A program made the translations under genes and the position numbers. Below are positions 31,674-32,000 of a stretch of 32,000 nt of DNA, one piece after another; the first letter of the stretch is position 1, and every line of letters begins with the position of its first letter. Below the pieces are notes generated by a model. It saw only the letters and a program-made list of their open reading frames with translations. It was not told where the DNA came from and did no database searches. Location: positions 1 to 32,000 of the forward strand of contig JAITBP010000002.1 in the NCBI GenBank assembly GCA_031283585.1. The letters run 5' to 3'. The DNA comes from Puniceicoccales bacterium. GTDB lineage: Bacteria; Verrucomicrobiota; Verrucomicrobiia; Opitutales; LL51.

Positions 31674-32000
31674 TCAATAAAACTCCAAAAAACCATCGAC
31701 AATCATCTGCTCGGCGGTTTGCAGATCGATGCCTCTGGATCTAAGATAAAATAATTGCTCCGAATTTATTTCGCTAACAGTGGCGCCATGGTAGCATTTT
31801 ATGCCAGGATTCCTAATGTCCATCGATGGAACGCTAGTTGTTCTGGCCGAGTCAGATAGGATAATATTTTTATTCAATTGTCTAGCCTCGGAATCGATGG
31901 CCGTTTCCGTCGCTATAATTTTTCCACAGAATGAAGAATTTGCATTTTCTTTCAGTGCAAATTTTGCAACCAAGTTCGAGATGGTGTTGCGGCCCAAGTG
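31674..32000 (-). CDS. sufD: Fe-S cluster assembly protein SufD, C-terminal part (gene continues beyond the window)
   Basis: 'SEARQLNKNIILSDSARTTSVPSMDIRNPGIKCYHGATVSEINSEQLFYLRSRGIDLQTAEQMIVDGF' matches the SufB/SufD C-terminal beta-helix. 'KC.HGATVG..D.EQLFYL.SRGI' is SufD-like. Confidence 0.75.
   Translation of the reverse strand, partial: HLGRNTISNLVAKFALKENANSSFCGKIIATETAIDSEARQLNKNIILSDSARTTSVPSMDIRNPGIKCYHGATVSEINSEQLFYLRSRGIDLQTAEQMIVDGFLEFY

Noticed and set aside
1-32000. A search by eye for CRISPR arrays, IS elements or transposases, integrases, reverse transcriptases, restriction-modification or recognisable defence-system genes, and rRNA.
   Set aside because: None found. All long ORFs are accounted for by housekeeping families or by the small islets of unknown genes, and no spaced direct-repeat array is visible.

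Overview
This is a compact, gene-dense bacterial chromosomal segment of about 40% G+C by eye, with many adjacent genes separated by 30 nt or less. I call 37 protein-coding genes and two tRNA genes: tRNA-Arg(ACG) and tRNA-Ala(GGC), 4 nt apart on the minus strand. I saw no rRNA, CRISPR array, transposase, integrase or reverse transcriptase. Most genes are recognisable housekeeping functions. They cover translation (rplM, rpsI, infC, tgt, rsmA), the cell wall and envelope (dapF-like, PBP2, an Amidase_3 amidase, a DUF374 acyltransferase-family protein, dedA, a LolA-like protein, secG), nucleic-acid and nucleotide metabolism (radC, family-4 UDG, rnhC, upp, surE), mcsA/mcsB, and a LysR regulator. 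The rest are an MFS transporter, an APC permease, atpA, a sugar-1-phosphate nucleotidyltransferase, a Mip-like protein, a MarC-family protein, an acyl-AMP ligase and the sufD 3' end. Four short, more AT-rich islets of genes with no recognisable homologs sit between them: 1-786, 3522-4779, 14275-15835 and 24013-25318. The gene mix and weak Shine-Dalgarno (SD) usage suggest a PVC-superphylum or chlamydia-like organism, but that is a guess. I could not identify a clear multi-gene novel system. The strongest leads are: (1) a full-length DapF homolog with both catalytic cysteines replaced by serine; (2) an MFS transporter next to a Tgt with an atypical substrate-pocket segment; (3) a three-gene HTH module with symmetric, overlapping face-to-face promoters; (4) a tandem pair of paralogous unknown genes with duplicated promoters next to the tRNA pair; (5) a lone F1 atpA in a upp-PBP2-atpA string; (6) a tight infC-amidase-mcsA-mcsB cluster.
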